A stretch of 64,000 nt of DNA from Phoronis australis (lineage: Eukaryota; Animalia; Phoronida), in contig NMRA01000123.1 in assembly GCA_002633005.1 (NCBI GenBank), positions 464,364 through 528,363 of the forward strand, read 5' to 3'. The position numbers were made by a program, and so were the translations under genes. This document shows positions 13,822 to 27,200 of the stretch, piece after piece; positions within the stretch are counted from its first letter, which is position 1; each line of letters begins with the position of its first letter. The notes under the pieces were generated by a model, which was not told the origin of the DNA, did not search any database, and worked only from the letters and a program-made list of their open reading frames with translations.

Positions 13822-14075
13822 TGAACCTCGTCTGCGGCCTGTTGGAGTGCAAAGGATATTTCTCTTCACCAAATTTTCAATGGCTAAACAGATCTTCGCT
13901 GTCATCAGGATTGGGGACAAGGGTGGCCTTGTTAACGGTGAACGTAGTCTGCCAGCAATCAGCTCGCAGCACTCAACCTCAAATGACTATACCGATCAAC
14001 ACCATCTTGAGACTGATTGCAATTTGACTGCACAGTACAACGGTCGCTATGTGGAACATTTTTCCATTCATGAAA
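13822..14075 (+). pseudogene. Frameshifted I-set Ig pseudo-exon (plus strand)
   Basis: cttatcagcag| phase-1 acceptor. LLECKGYFSSPNFQWLN (B-C strands) ... NTILRLI(fs)NLTAQYNGRYV (E-F strands). Confidence 0.55.
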
Positions 14076-14116
14076 ACACTCATTGCGATTGCATGGAATT
14101 AAACTCGATGCACTGA

Positions 14117-14254
14117 ACCAGGCTCCCATTCAGTAACGCTAGGACCTTGCTAAAAAGCAGGATATTGCTATGTATTTCAAATGAGAACACGTGACTTTGG
14201 CTAGATTTTAGCTAGGTCCTAGCGTAAGTTCTAACTACAGAACGCACGCCTGGT
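14117..14254. mobile_element. Short MITE (family also at 25901-26058, opposite orientation)
   Basis: Inverted ends (cagtaacgctaggacct / aggtcctagcgt). The core gagaacacgtgacttt is shared in reverse complement with the 25.9 kb copy. Confidence 0.7.
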
Positions 14255-14259
14255 GTTCT

Positions 14260-14410
14260 GGAGGCCACTAAAATCCTTGCATCCTGAGAAACCCGATCTG
14301 TTTACGTTGACTGAACTGCAAAATGGGGGTAGTATAACAATTGTACTGGCGAAGAGGTGCCAATTTATGCAAATGAGGCGGATCTCGACGTTTTTAGGCC
14401 TGCTGGGAGC
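14260..14410 (-). pseudogene. Fibronectin type III-like exon remnant truncated by MITE
   Basis: ccctttcag| APSRPKNVEIRL...IVILPP...NRSGFSGCK resembles the FN3 N-half (PxxPxNV...PP...NG..GY). Confidence 0.3.
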
Positions 14411-14560
14411 CTGAAAGGGTGCCGAGGTCGCTTGGGAATCGTGACGAAAGAGGTCAAATGAAAATGCTTGCAATGAGGATGTAACTGAATATGACCAGGC
14501 CCATGACATGAAAACGAATATTAATTCGACAATGAAGTAAAATCGTCTGCTCTCCGTCAC

Positions 14561-14779
14561 CTGGTAGATCCCGATACACCTCACAGCAGACTCCATTGCC
14601 GTCCGTGAGGTGGATATTTACTCCATTGTCTACCAAGGTGCACGTCTCTGTTACTGGATCCCACTCGGCTGCTTTGCACGAAACCTCGTGGCAATTCAGA
14701 GCGCATATATATCCAGTCTGAGTCGACAGCGTAGTAGTCCTTGGCGCATTCAATCGTCTGTTTGGTACTCTAATCATAT
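14561..14779 (-). CDS. Exon: PAN/apple-like module 2 (73 codons, phase 1-1)
   Basis: ttttcgttgatgcag|AT ATG...CCA G|gtgacg; CALNCHEVSCKAAEWDPVTETC...GVCC. Confidence 0.85.
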
Positions 14780-14954
14780 CTGCATCAACGAAAAGGACAA
14801 GCAATGAAATTCCAACAATGGTCAACCAACCTTTCTCAACTTGTTCATGCCTGTCCTTCCGCGACATAAGCACAACTATGGATTAAACAGTCAAACACTT
14901 CATGAAACTACGTACTTCTTAAAAAACGAGAATTATAAGAATACGCTTGTATAA

Positions 14955-15012
14955 ATACACAAACGCGCGCGCACACATACAGACACACACGCGCGCAAAC
15001 ACACACACATAT
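14955..15012. repeat. (CA)n/(CG)n degenerate microsatellite
   Basis: acacaaacgcgcgcgcacacatacagacacacacgcgcgcaaacacacacacat. Confidence 0.7.
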
Positions 15013-15347
15013 GTATATGCATAAGGCAGTATGAAATTGTCAGCAATACATTTAAATTACCGTTGCTCACAAATATGTGATCCATCAGAAAGTCAAACAT
15101 ACATATGTAACATATAAAATTCGCATTAATTGCAATGTGCTGTAAGAATGACGTGTTTGTCACGAAAGATTTGGCACCCCTTAAAAGCTTCCACTGGAAT
15201 GGCCGTCAAGAGCGAGCAGTTGAAGTCCAAGTCCAAAGCGCCTTCTGTTCACTTTCTGTCTTGAAAATTAAAAAAATAACATGGCACGATCAGCCCAACA
15301 GTGTTAGCACCTTGTCCATAAGTAATGGAATACAGTGAGTGTCTCAC

Positions 15348-15578
15348 CGGGGAACACGTGCTGTTTCTTGAAGAATGCTTCGCAGCAGTTGGACCAGTCA
15401 GTAGCTGTCTGAAAGGGCACACCAGGTGCCACCATGAGACACTCGCGTGTACTCATCTGCCACTGAGCGGCTTCACAGAGGCCTTTGGCACACATTTGCG
15501 AGCAGTCGCCAGGAGAAACTGTCACGACTCGTGTCACTTCTTGAACATCTAGTTTGCACTTAAGACATCTCCTCATAC
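15348..15578 (-). CDS. Exon: PAN/apple-like module 1 (77 codons, phase 1-1)
   Basis: attcttacaaag|GT ATG...CCC G|gtgaga; CSQMCAKGLCEAAQWQMSTREC...SNCC, plus an extra CLKC. Confidence 0.85.
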
Positions 15579-15928
15579 CTTTGTAAGAATGAATTCGGTG
15601 GTTAATTTAAACAGAATTATAACTTTCCGATGCAGGAGTATGAACTCCGTACTAAATTGTATAAAACAGATATGGTACCTAAAGCAATACAAAGAAGCTA
15701 AGGTAGAGCAACAGGTGTTCTTAACTGCAAGATCGTCTCCTTTGAAAAACTACTAGACCATTTCAACTGTCTTAGGAATAAACAATCCTGGTCTTGGAGT
15801 TTTCATGGCTAGAGATCGATCGTAGAAAAAAGTTCAAAATCCCACGGTCAGAAATAAATAATAAGATTCCTATAGTTATAATTACATTGCACATGTGTAT
15901 GCATAACGCATATAGCAAAATAACTTAC

Positions 15929-16306
15929 CCCCAGTGCGTGGAAACAGTACGTACTGTCTGGCAGTGAGAGACGACAAAGGGCCCGGATTATATACAGCCT
16001 GTACCAGACAAGTGTACATTCCGTCATATGCTTCTTCGGGGGTCTTACCAGGCTGCGGATACCTGATGTCTATGGTAAGTACAGACCTGTCGTCACCACT
16101 GTAGCTGAATGCAGGCGACTTGAGCTCGTATTCAGTCAACGGAAGCGACGACGTGTGGTTTATGGGGACATTCAGAAACCATCTGGTAGTTAGCTTTTCC
16201 TCTGCGTCGACCTCAGCGTGGCACTTGAGTTCAACGGAGGCTACTTCATCCAGATATCTCAAAACAACATTCCCTCGAGGCTTATCGCTTTTCCATTTTA
16301 TCGGCT
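15929..16306 (-). CDS. Exon: I-set immunoglobulin domain (126 codons, phase 1-1)
   Basis: tttcataattaag|AG CCG...GGG G|gtaagt; VELKCHAEVD...TRWFLN...RSVLTIDI...YDGMYTCLV. Confidence 0.85.
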
Positions 16307-17697
16307 CTTAATTATGAAACCAACGTAATCGTTTTCATTATATGCTGAGTTATGAGAACCCGCTTATCGGTAAGAAGACATGTTAACAATCAACGCCACC
16401 AACTTAATTTTATGTCGGATATACAAGTTTGCCTGTTCAATAATATTCTTGCACGTGCATCAGCAGATAAAGTTGAAGTAAACACATGTTTTCTGTCAAA
16501 ATTCAAAGTTCTACTTTTGTCACGCACCGTTTCTAAGATGAAGAATGAGTTTGGGCTGTGGAAGGACTAGAATTACATTTCCTTTTTTTTCCGTCTGGCG
16601 TGAACTTCCAAGGTTATGAGATTGGACATGTGCAGGGAGATCACTTTTATACTCAGTAGGTAACGAGACACTTAACGATAAGTGGACCAATCCAAAGCTG
16701 GATTTCGACAGAAACCACGAGCAGGATTTGCACGCAAGTGGACGGGGAAGCGCGCCCTCTGTTTACTCTAAGTATGCAGCTGATTCTTTGGCAAATCATG
16801 GCGCCGTCGCAGAGAAATTAGCGAATGGGCTTTCTTCAGAAATTTTCTAGTAAATTTGCAGAAGTTGCGTTAACACGTTTGTTAGTAGGGTCTTTTCATC
16901 GATTTATAGCAGAGCTCAGAAACAAATGGTTACTACTTTTCGTTAGATATTGTCATATGATTTTTGAGTGAAAACATGTTGAAATACTCGTGGCATGTAG
17001 TTTGGCTGCCAAAATTGGCTCTTAGACTGGAGCTTAAAAGACTATTCCGGGAATTCAGCCAGAACCTCGTGTCTGTGCGTATAAGAATAACCAGCCTAAA
17101 TGTCGGGTTTATTGATTAATTTTGCCGATAAATCGTTGATTGCCTACAACCGTACCTCAACCTACTGATGAACAAACATGATGAAAATGAAGCAATGAAA
17201 CAAGGATAGATTTGATACGCTATAACTACTACACTGGATCAAAACTCGGAACTTCTCGTGCAAACTCTCTTGGCTTGTCTCGGAGTCCCAAGCAGTAATA
17301 ATAGAATGCATAGCAACGTGCTGGAGGGGTTTTTCAAAGGGTTAGAGCTCGATGGCAATACCGTATTGCTGCGCCATATCCGAAATAATGCCTTTTTCTT
17401 AACCTTTACCCAAATGGTTTGCACATTGGCGCATGCGCGTAAGTTCTGCATACACATGTCCTGTTAGCGCAGTTTTGCACAGATGCCCATAGGACTAATG
17501 GCGGCCACACGGCAATATCTAATCTGTAACAAAGTGACTACGAGTTTCTAGCTGAATCTTGCTATAATCAATCAAGTGGACGCAAATGACCCATTAAGAG
17601 GTGATGGAAATCAGCAAAACATGGCTTAGTGCCTTTTAATGTTATGAATTCGCAACCGAAAGGTTATATGTCTAGCTTTGGAATTGGAATAACTCAC

Positions 17698-17859
17698 CCA
17701 TTGTCTTTATCGTGGCGGTGCGAATCCTATAGCCGAGAGCATTCACCAGAACACACTGTATCATCCACGATTTTTGCATGTTTAGAAACTCTATTTTTGT
17801 TCCTAGGCTCACAATTACATTTGGTTCTCGTTCAGGTACTATGCTATTTATCCGTGGCC
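17698..17859 (-). CDS. Exon: Ig C-terminal half, L1/neuroglian Ig4-like (54 codons, phase 1-1)
   Basis: ttttttcctacaacacag|GG CCA...ATG G|gtgagt; GTKIEFLNMQKSWMIQCVLVNALGYRIRTATIKT matches QCxxxNxxGY. Confidence 0.6.
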
Positions 17860-18639
17860 CTGTGTTGTAGGAAAAAATGTAAGTACTTTTACCTGGCAAT
17901 TGACTGTTAGAGGTGCACATTCACATGTATGGAGCATACCGCCAGTCCACAACATGCTATAGACGTGGTTGGGTGTCGCCGGAAACAGTCAATTTCCCAG
18001 AGGTTCGATTTGAAGAAACTCACCTAAAAGCTAGGTGGCCACCCGGAACACCTTGTGTATTTTCGTAACTTAAAATCAATCTCGGAAGTAAACGTAATCC
18101 GCACATGAGCAGACTTCACTCACTTGACCAGTCACTGTCCATTGAAATGTCGCACGGGGTACTCTATGACTGAACTTAGTACATGCACATTTGGAATTTG
18201 ACTGAAACTTGGCAATGCTAGGACATTATTGAGAATCCTGTCTTTGATTTTGCAAAATTCACGAATTATTCTAATAACACGAGTTTAACTGGATGATAAC
18301 CCTAGAAAGATGCCGTAGGGAGCACAGGAAAAATTCCACAAGTTATCATTCCGTGAGGATAAGCGGACAACCTTAATGCAAACTGTATCAAAATAGCGCG
18401 CAAACCGGTTGACACGCTCTGTAGTTTGGTGCACCACAACGACACAGTTCAGGGACGTGTTGTAAGCGAAGCGGCATGTTAGACATTTGGTCAAATCTTG
18501 TTAAGTCTTTTAAATAGATCGTTGATGGCAAAGTCATATTAGAAGCAAGCAACTCGTACAGTGTATCACAAACACCCAAAACTACAATATCACTTAACAC
18601 TTTTAGGGGTTTGTCAAGCTCAAAATTACGGATTAGCGA

Positions 18640-18940
18640 AGTTATTAACACTCTTTTTAAGCTTGCCTCGTGATAATGATGTGACTGAGTAGGTCCTTTC
18701 AGAGAGTTTTAGTCCCATTGGTAAATATCTGGCTAACATGATTTACACTTACCTAGCCAATGCAAAGCAGGACCTCTTGCAGAGAACGCATTAGCAAAGT
18801 TATTAGCATTCTCTTTAAGCTTGCTTTGTTACAATGGGATATAAAATGAGCCATTTCAGAAACATACACTCTCATTGGCTAACATCTGACTAATACCGTT
18901 TACACTAGCCAATGAAAAGCACGGTTTCATGCAGAGAACA
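18640..18940. repeat. Diverged tandem duplication (~160 bp x2)
   Basis: ttatta.ca.tct.tttaagcttgc ... ctagccaatg.aaagca ... gcagagaac occurs twice. Confidence 0.65.
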
Positions 18941-19039
18941 ACTTCAGACACACGTGATTGATTCTATTACAATCCACTTGTGTTAAAATTTCTAAAGCCT
19001 TGTTACGATACAACGTTTCCGAACTACATGTATGAAGCT

Positions 19040-19235
19040 GCAAATTCGTTTTTACGACTTCCTCGAGAGCCCGAAATGCTTAGGATGAGTAGCTCGGAGT
19101 AGTGAAGAATGAAAGGTACATGTACGCTGTTAATAGCACGTATGGGGCCGTGAAACATCTCCGTGTCTGTGGCCGGCATTTTGTCGACAGTGATTTTTCT
19201 GACGAGTTCCGGCTTACCAAAGAACTATGCATACG
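19040..19235 (+). mobile_element. THAP-domain fragment of a decayed DNA transposon
   Basis: FLRLPREPEML...KHLRVCGRHFVDSDFS (THAP CxxHF motif). Confidence 0.55.
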
Positions 19236-21386
19236 TTCCGTTGCCTGTGCATGTTCACGGCGCCTCTCTAGTATTTCTTGATCAGTGTATTACGGTTCGA
19301 ACTCATAGCCTGTGAAGCTTAACGATCCGACCCGTGAAGTCTTCGTTGGATGGCGAGTTGCCATGTAGACGTTTATCATTCCGCGTTCTGTTTCAAAATG
19401 AATTATTGTCATCCTAACCAAAACTGATATGAAACCGAAACAAAGTCTGTCTCATTCGATACAATTCGTAATGCCTTTGCAGTATTCGTAAGTACAAATG
19501 TTGAGAAGCCAGCAATGAATAAACCACTGCGTTACCGGCTTTTGATGCCGGCAACAAAAGGTAATTGACCGGGCACCGAGGCCGCATGAGCGCATGCTAA
19601 TTCAGTGTTTGCTGACAGAAAGCTGTTGTCAAATAATTACTCGATTTTATATGCTATGGTCACATGTTAGGGGAATCTTTATTTAGAAACACAAATACGT
19701 TATTCAAATCATTGTTACTGTACAACCTTTGCCCTGACGGTGTGTGGAGGGGAACCCAACATCGCAGCTCCCGACAAGTAAGTAGATTTTCAGTTTCGTG
19801 GCTAATTTACATTACGTGCACATTATTTCTTTTGGCTCACTATTATAGTCTTTTCGTGGCTGGAGGTTTAGCTTCCAACTCAAGCTGGTTTATATTCTCG
19901 TCAGTCCCGGCGGCCGCGACTGGCCTGATCGGGTTCCGAGAGACTGGGCGGGGTAACAAGAGTTTTGTGTGTTTAGAACTCAAAAAATTACAACTATAAA
20001 CAACACAGATCAAGGTTTTTCTGTCTGTATTTCACGGAAGAAAACTTCGAATTTATCTCCAAACAAACCTAAACTCCTGCTACGGACCTTGGCAAATTGT
20101 CCCGCCTGACTTTGTAGGCTACGGTGTGTCCAAATACATGTACCAATAAATCAGTAACAACAAAATAACACGACGGGTTTTTATAAGAACTCGGTGTATT
20201 TTTAAGGGTTTTACATCTAAGTATGATGATTTATTGGTGTTTAACGATGAATTCAAGAGATAAGCTGACACCAGTAACCTGTGAACTGCTGAACAGACTG
20301 CGTGTAAAACCAATAACGTCATTAGATAATTTCATCACCTCCGTCTGTCGTCAGGTGTCAGGTAACGCAACCGAACGTGGCGTTATCCAGTAGAACTACT
20401 CGATCAAAATTGATACAAAATAGGTTGTTTTTTAGGTGGCATTCTCCTTTCAGTTTGCTTTAAAATATGCTTTCTGATTTCACTGCGTCCACTAACTCAT
20501 GACTCTGGTGCTCCTCAAATAATCACCTGTTACCATGCTAGGAAAGAATTTGCCGATGTCACCTCAGTTCGTGCCATTTGCATGCAGTTGACGGTATGTC
20601 TCAAAAAAGCTAGAATTGGCAGAGACAACAATGTACATTTTCCGAGTTTTAAAGTAAAACTTCATCCTGTTAGCAACGCGGAGAAAAGAAAGTGAGTCTT
20701 TTAATTAATAAGCCAATTTCCCGTTACTGTACAGACGAAATTATTTATTTTCCAGGAATATTAAAATATTCAACAATCCAGAATATACATCTAAGGCTAA
20801 AAATCTGCTTTTCTTGGGATAGTATTTTAGTCAAGATTTTTCTTATGTTTTCTGTCAATTAGCATTTAATAAAGTACTGACTGACAAAAACAAGCCCATG
20901 GAAATAATGGATTTAAATAAGATTGCATAGGTCGAAATAGTGCGTTTCCCGAGAAAATTTAAATTGGATGACCTCTTTCCCAATAAAAGCCTTAATGTTG
21001 GGAATTTTTGGTTATGAAATGACAATTTCTTGAATTCGCTGTGTGCGACAGGCAGCACAACTCCACTCAGCACTAGCATATAATGGTCTTGCAATTTTTA
21101 CAAGGACCTTAAGAATCTGTTCTCCAGAGACTTAATATATATGTTAGAGGCAACTGACGTTAATACCAAATCCTGAAAATAAAGTACTAAATGCAAATAC
21201 AAGATAACGTTTCTCATAGTTTTCTATGTAAAATAACATAGATAATCATGTTTGAGAAGAACGACAATGGGTTTGGAAATGGCAAGAGGCAATATGACTA
21301 GTTTGAGAAAGGGAAAATGGAAAAGCCTTTTATGCCAATTTGGGCTATATAGCTGAAGGGAAGTAGTTATCTACACAAAGAAGACT

Positions 21387-21793
21387 CTGGGCCCGGTCTC
21401 CTATCGTTTTACTCGAAATGGAACTCGAAATTAGGTTTGGCATTTTCTACTCTACCTTTGGGCGAACTCAAGATAAGTGTCTATTATTGTATGCTCGAGT
21501 ACACAATAACTTACGTAGATAATTTATTGCCCTTAGTTCACAGTTTGTAAACCCAATATTAAAGCAATAAGTTCGAGTTTGAACTCGAATTTTCGAGTCC
21601 TTACTCGAGTTTGTAGCACGTATATAAGGGTCTTCAAAGGCAACATTGAACTAGAAACTCCTATGCATAAACTATAATGTATTCGAGCACAGTCTGATAA
21701 CCAATTATCTTAAGTTCGCACAAAAGGAGCAGAGAAATTGCCAAAAATAGTTTCGAGTTCGTTTCGAGTACAAAGATTAGAGACCGGGCCCAG
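21387..21793. mobile_element. Palindromic MITE (Harbinger/Tourist-like)
   Basis: ctgggcccggtctc ... gagaccgggcccag ends, with the imperfect inverted arms extending ~150 bp. Confidence 0.75.
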
Positions 21794-23172
21794 ATCTACA
21801 TATAAGCTGCACTATAAACGCACGTGCAAGACGTGAAATAACAGGTTTACTAATAACTAGCTATCGACAAATAAAGTCGCGTGCGGCGGACTAATTTCTC
21901 TGCACTGGATTCCAGTCTTGGAAATTCCACTTATCTGGGTCAACAACTGATAGGTTGAAAAGAAATCAAATCATTAAGTTTACTGACATAATAAAAAAAC
22001 AATATCAGCTAAGATATAATTTGTAAGCATACTTCATATTGATTGTATTTAGTAAAACAACAGAGTATGAAGAAAGAATGATCCGATACATGTTGCTAAT
22101 TAAACGGAAGTCACAAATAAAATCTACGTCACTCGTTCGTCGGGCTCGATCCTTGGAAAGGCGACGGTATTCGTTTACTAGCTTAGATACAAACAGAAAT
22201 ATTGATTCTAACAAATCAAACAAGAAACTAGTAAATATATTCCAATGAAAATTCCAATGCAAACGTTGCAAATCGAGTTTTATAGTTGCCAAAAGCAGTT
22301 CGATGAGTATCTAAAATACGTTTACATTGTTGTTCACTTTTTGTGCTGGTTTAAAACTTGAGAAAAATAATCTTTTGTTTCCTTCGACCTAAATAACTTA
22401 TGAGGACAGACGCTTCATAAATTGTATAAATAGTCTGGACAAAGAAACACGATGAAAAATTGTATACTTACGGGTGAAAAAAAAATTAGCCCGGACAAAG
22501 AAACACGATGAAAAATGCCAAAATGTGTGTTCAGTCTCGTGAAAATATTTCACTTTGATCATGCTACGACGAAATCCCCACGTATTGTACATTTCTACAT
22601 ATTTTTACTAATAATAGCTGAACTACATAATAAGCAATAAACCTGGATATTTTGTTGCAGATTATAGTGTTTGCAATTGTAACACGGAATTTATGGATAA
22701 ATCATGAACGTCGTTTTATTATAGACCACAAAACATCATAATGTCAACAGCCTTGGCCTGACTGCTGGCAGTGAATATGTGGCATCGCTTGTCAAAGGGT
22801 TTGTAAAATTATGTTGCATGTACCACATTGCTACTAATGGCCCACATTTGATAAAGCTAATCAAAAGAATTAGTTAATTATTAATTTCATTCTTTTGTAT
22901 GCGCTTCATGTTGGGTTTATGTTGCTAAGGAAATTGAGTTGGTAGAATTGTTTCAAGAATTTGCGCTGGTAACTACTTTTGGATTTTCAAAGTAGTGCTA
23001 TTCGTTTTGCCAGACTAGTCTTTATAGCTTCAATTCGTAACTTATAGTGCTATTGGTTTTGACATACTAGTCTTTGGTTTCAGTTCGTAATTGATGCAAA
23101 TTTACTGCGTGAGGCGCATGCAGGTTTTCTGTTGCTTTAAAAAGGCTATGGGAACAGGAGTTGCGCTGACCA

Positions 23173-23373
23173 TTGATGTTTGGAGTTTCAAAAGTGTGCT
23201 ATGGTTATGGCATATCTGGAAGAACATTCATTGCCAATGATATATCGCTCGTCACTGACGTGTGCAGCTCACTAGACTGCTTTAATTGCAAAACATCCGA
23301 TTACCATGGCAATGGTGCACGTGCAAGGACGGTAACCGGCCAAGGTTTTTATGGAGGATCACTCAATATTTGA
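23173..23373 (+). pseudogene. Ig C-half remnant (plus strand)
   Basis: SLVTDVCSSLDCFNCKTSDYHG...FYGGSLNI resembles L1 Ig4 (FQCxASNxHG...YLNV). No clean splice sites identified. Confidence 0.35.
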
Positions 23374-23883
23374 TCACTATTTCTTTACGTGCAAACACGA
23401 CTGCCACCAAGCCTAAATTGATGATCTTGAACGCGAAAATTTATTGCAACCGTGGTTTAGCATAACCTGTAAAATTCAACAGTAGGTTAACCCAGTACTT
23501 TTGGAGAGGCTTGCTGTCTCTAACGTAAATTGCCCCCCCCCCCCCCGAAATAACTGATTAGCGACACATGTATCAGCTTAATCCCCCGCTTCAAGCGGTC
23601 CGCTTCTAACATGACTTTGCCCTTAAACGTAGACTTGCTTATGTTCGCCGGCTGAGTAGTACATTATACGATGTTGGTCAGAGTACAGTACTCTATGTGA
23701 CCCTGCTTCTAATTGGCTAGCCAGGCATTAAGGAAAAAAGTTGTCTTATATAAAGGTGGTGCTTACTACACCTAGCAAATGTGAACATTATCACACTCCA
23801 ATGCTAAGTAGCGTAATTTAAATAAAACGAAGGAAACAGAAAATACACGAATGCCTCACGCTCCTAGGTAAGTTATCACTTAC

Positions 23884-24021
23884 TGCTTTGTATCGTGTTG
23901 GTGTACCAGATTGGTAAAGAAGTCTGCGGATGTGTGGGGACGCCTTTGCAACTTACAGACCCAGTGCCACCTCTTGTGACATTGACGTCTTTGGGCTCCC
24001 CATCGAGGAACGTCGGAGGAT
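23884..24021 (-). CDS. Exon: I-set Ig N-terminal half (46 codons, phase 1-1; too short for ORF track)
   Basis: tttttctttacag|AT CCT...AGC A|gtaagt; DPPTFLDGEPKDVNVTRGGTGSVSCKGVPTHPQTSLPIWYTN. Confidence 0.8.
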
Positions 24022-24299
24022 CTGTAAAGAAAAATTTGCTCGTTTGTGCAGTGGGTCACTTTTCTAACTAGCTAATTATGCACGACGTCTGTTTTACTGT
24101 CGACAAAAGCATTGCTGGATGGAATACAGCTCTTTAAGTTATTAACTTTGGTTTCAACTACAAAACAGCCCAATCAGTTGCTTTTTGTGGGTATTTACAA
24201 CCCTCCTGTTCTAGCTTTTGTTTGCTAGACAATCGATGAAATCAAGGTCGCTAAAAATAGTTTACTTGTTTATTGAGTTATGTTTAAATACGACAGCAG

Positions 24300-27200
24300 A
24301 GCGTTAGACAGTGGCAACTAGTGTGGCTGATAAATTTAACTTCACAGCTGAAAATAATGTGACTTCTTCATCAAACAACGGACTGCATTTAGAAAATCAA
24401 ACCATCATTATACCAAGAGCCATATCCATTTCGAAAGTACAATTGTGTGAAAATTATTCATAGACACGAATGTGACGTGCACATGTGAACGCGCCCCACA
24501 TCAGACGGTCATGTCCAGTGTCTTGGACAGGCACCTGCCATATCCGAGCTTCCCCGATGTCACATGGGAATTGAAAAGAGTCAGAGCTTGATTAAATAAT
24601 AAGTCACAATGTTACAACCACAACCAACATAACGCTTCACCAATCCATATTCTACTATAAACAGGTGCAGATTAGAAACCAAGATATGCGACCTCTGTAG
24701 CAAAGAAGTGATCAAACGCTTGGTTGAGCTAGTAATATCAAGCACTCTTATCACTGAACTCCAAAAAGAACTGCTTACTAAAGAGAAAGGTTTCACCCTA
24801 CGTAATGCCATCAAACGAGGCCACAGCTACGAAGACGCCCTGCAAAGGCTATGGACCCCTATGCAAGCGCATCAGTTCATGCTTTTCAAGCAGCGTACCT
24901 CGCTCGAACGTACACAAGGCCAAAACGATATTTATCTGCATGTTACAAACTCAGCGTACATAATGCTCTCGGCCGCCAACACTGCCCTGCAAATCATGAC
25001 ACATGCAGGCATTGCACAAAGTTAGACCGCTGACCCGAATACTGCTTCACCTCAAAAGCGACACCACCATTATCACTTGTACAATGCAGACCCTGAGAGA
25101 TAGCTTACCGTCAAGACACGTTATTAGAAACAGTTATTTCACGCACTTGTCTCTCAAGACGCAGGAATAGAAACTTTTCACCTTTAAAAGTTTTGAAGCG
25201 TCTGCTGCCAAAACACAAGAAGAGGCATATGCCACGTTGAGACAAAAGCTCAGAATCACGAAGCCGTGCACAATCTCAAGTTTAAACCATGTAGGACATA
25301 TAGAAACATGATCCCAAACCAAGTTGACAACAACGGCTACCAGAAAACGCACACAGACATACGTCGGATTAAACGCATACAACGGTATCACAATTCAACA
25401 ATTACTTGTTAATGCAAAAACAGCAAGTGGCAAGACATCCAATTCCACAGTGTAGATCTACCAGCACCAACAGTCGCGGGGTTTCCAACTTGTGAGATAC
25501 TTAAGATTGTAGACATCCTTGCCATTCAGTCACTACACAGCATCAACACGGTTGATGAAATCAAGCAATTATTCCCAACACAGTTCGATCGAGCTGGGAG
25601 CTTCAAAATACAACTACACTAGCTGATTGTAGAATCGCATGTGCTCCCATCAAGAAAATTTGTAATCGAACAAAATGAAAGGCAACATGAATGAAACTAG
25701 GGATTAACCGGAAGTACGAATAATCAACCGACTCGAGATCCTCTCTTACATACGCACAAAATTTGATGATAGCACACGGGTCTGCCTTTACCCCCAACCC
25801 CCTTGGCTCAGTAAAGCACTATGGTGGAAGAATCGCATAGTCCCTACTGCAGATGAAGTAAATCGCACATTAGTAGGCTTTTTCCAGCTGAGTGCAAAAG
25901 CAGGCGTGCGCTCAGTAGACGCTAGGACCTACGCTAGGACCTAGCTAAAACCTAGTAAAAGTCACGTGTTCTCATTTAAAATGCACGGCAATATCTCACG
26001 TAATCTCGCGAAGTCTTGCTTTTTAGCGAGGTCCTAGCGTTACTGAACGGGAGGCAGGTTAAGGGTCTGTAATGCTACAACAATGTATCAAAGAACACAG
26101 TTCAGACTCCCTTTGGTCGCCACAGCTTCTGCAAACTTAAGTTTGTCAGTCAAGACATGTTACAAATGGAAATGGACCGCAGATACAAAGGCGCATGGGG
26201 CATAGCAAAGGACAACATGACGATTCCGACCCGTTCTAACCTTTGACATTAGCAAGGAAGAGCTTGACGCCAACAAAGCAGATATATACATGTATCGAAA
26301 TTGAACTGGTCGCTGTTCTTTTGGTACACAACCTTTCCACAATTACCTCTATGGAAGGCATATTTGGACCACAAATACTTTGTCGTGTTTCTCAACAAAG
26401 AAAATAGAGTTGATTTTGTCCAATTCTCCAACAACACACCAAAGACAATCCCAAATTGTTGTCTCTCCAAGATAGCATCGTCAAGGAATGACCAGATAAA
26501 ATGTCATAACACCCTGAAAGACCTTGCCAGTTCTGGCATTTGAGAGATGAACTATCAGTTGAAAATGTTCTAGTGTTGAACGAACACCGGACATCGCTGC
26601 GACTAAATTTCTTTGGTCAGCTTCATACTGTTCACTTCGGTGTGGAGAATACAAAGCTCCCAGCCAGAAGTACTGTGTACTGGATCAGCATAAATGGCGA
26701 CATTTGCAGCGTTATTTGCAACCGGTCAGTATGTCAAGAACATCAAATATCCCTGACTTCCGAGCCACTGATGAAGCATGACATATCCAGCCAACAATGG
26801 TGAACTCTGGGTACCCATATTTATGAACTATGGTAACGAGTGATTAATCACAGCAGATTACAACTGTAAATTCCCTGTCATTAAACCACTGCCCAAACTG
26901 TCACCCAGCAACAACAAAGAATTTTTCTCTGAGCTTGCAATCCATTACAAGGTGATGAGCTGCAAAGTTCCGCAGTTCACCTGCCATCTAAATAATACGT
27001 TTGCAAGTTCAAGCATGCATGCGATGTCACCTCCACGAAGTCCACAAGGTAACGGTTTCGTCGAAACCCAAGTTCAAACAGTCAAAAACCTCTCAAAAAT
27101 GCCAAGCATTCACAAACCGATCCCCACTTGATCCTGTTGTTATGGTGCTCAATACCAGTCCCTGCTACAATACCCAGCCTGGCAGATCTTTTCTTGTGTA

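Noticed and set aside
18285-18651. Two overlapping Cys-containing minus-strand ORFs
   Set aside because: No recognisable motif or convincing splice sites.
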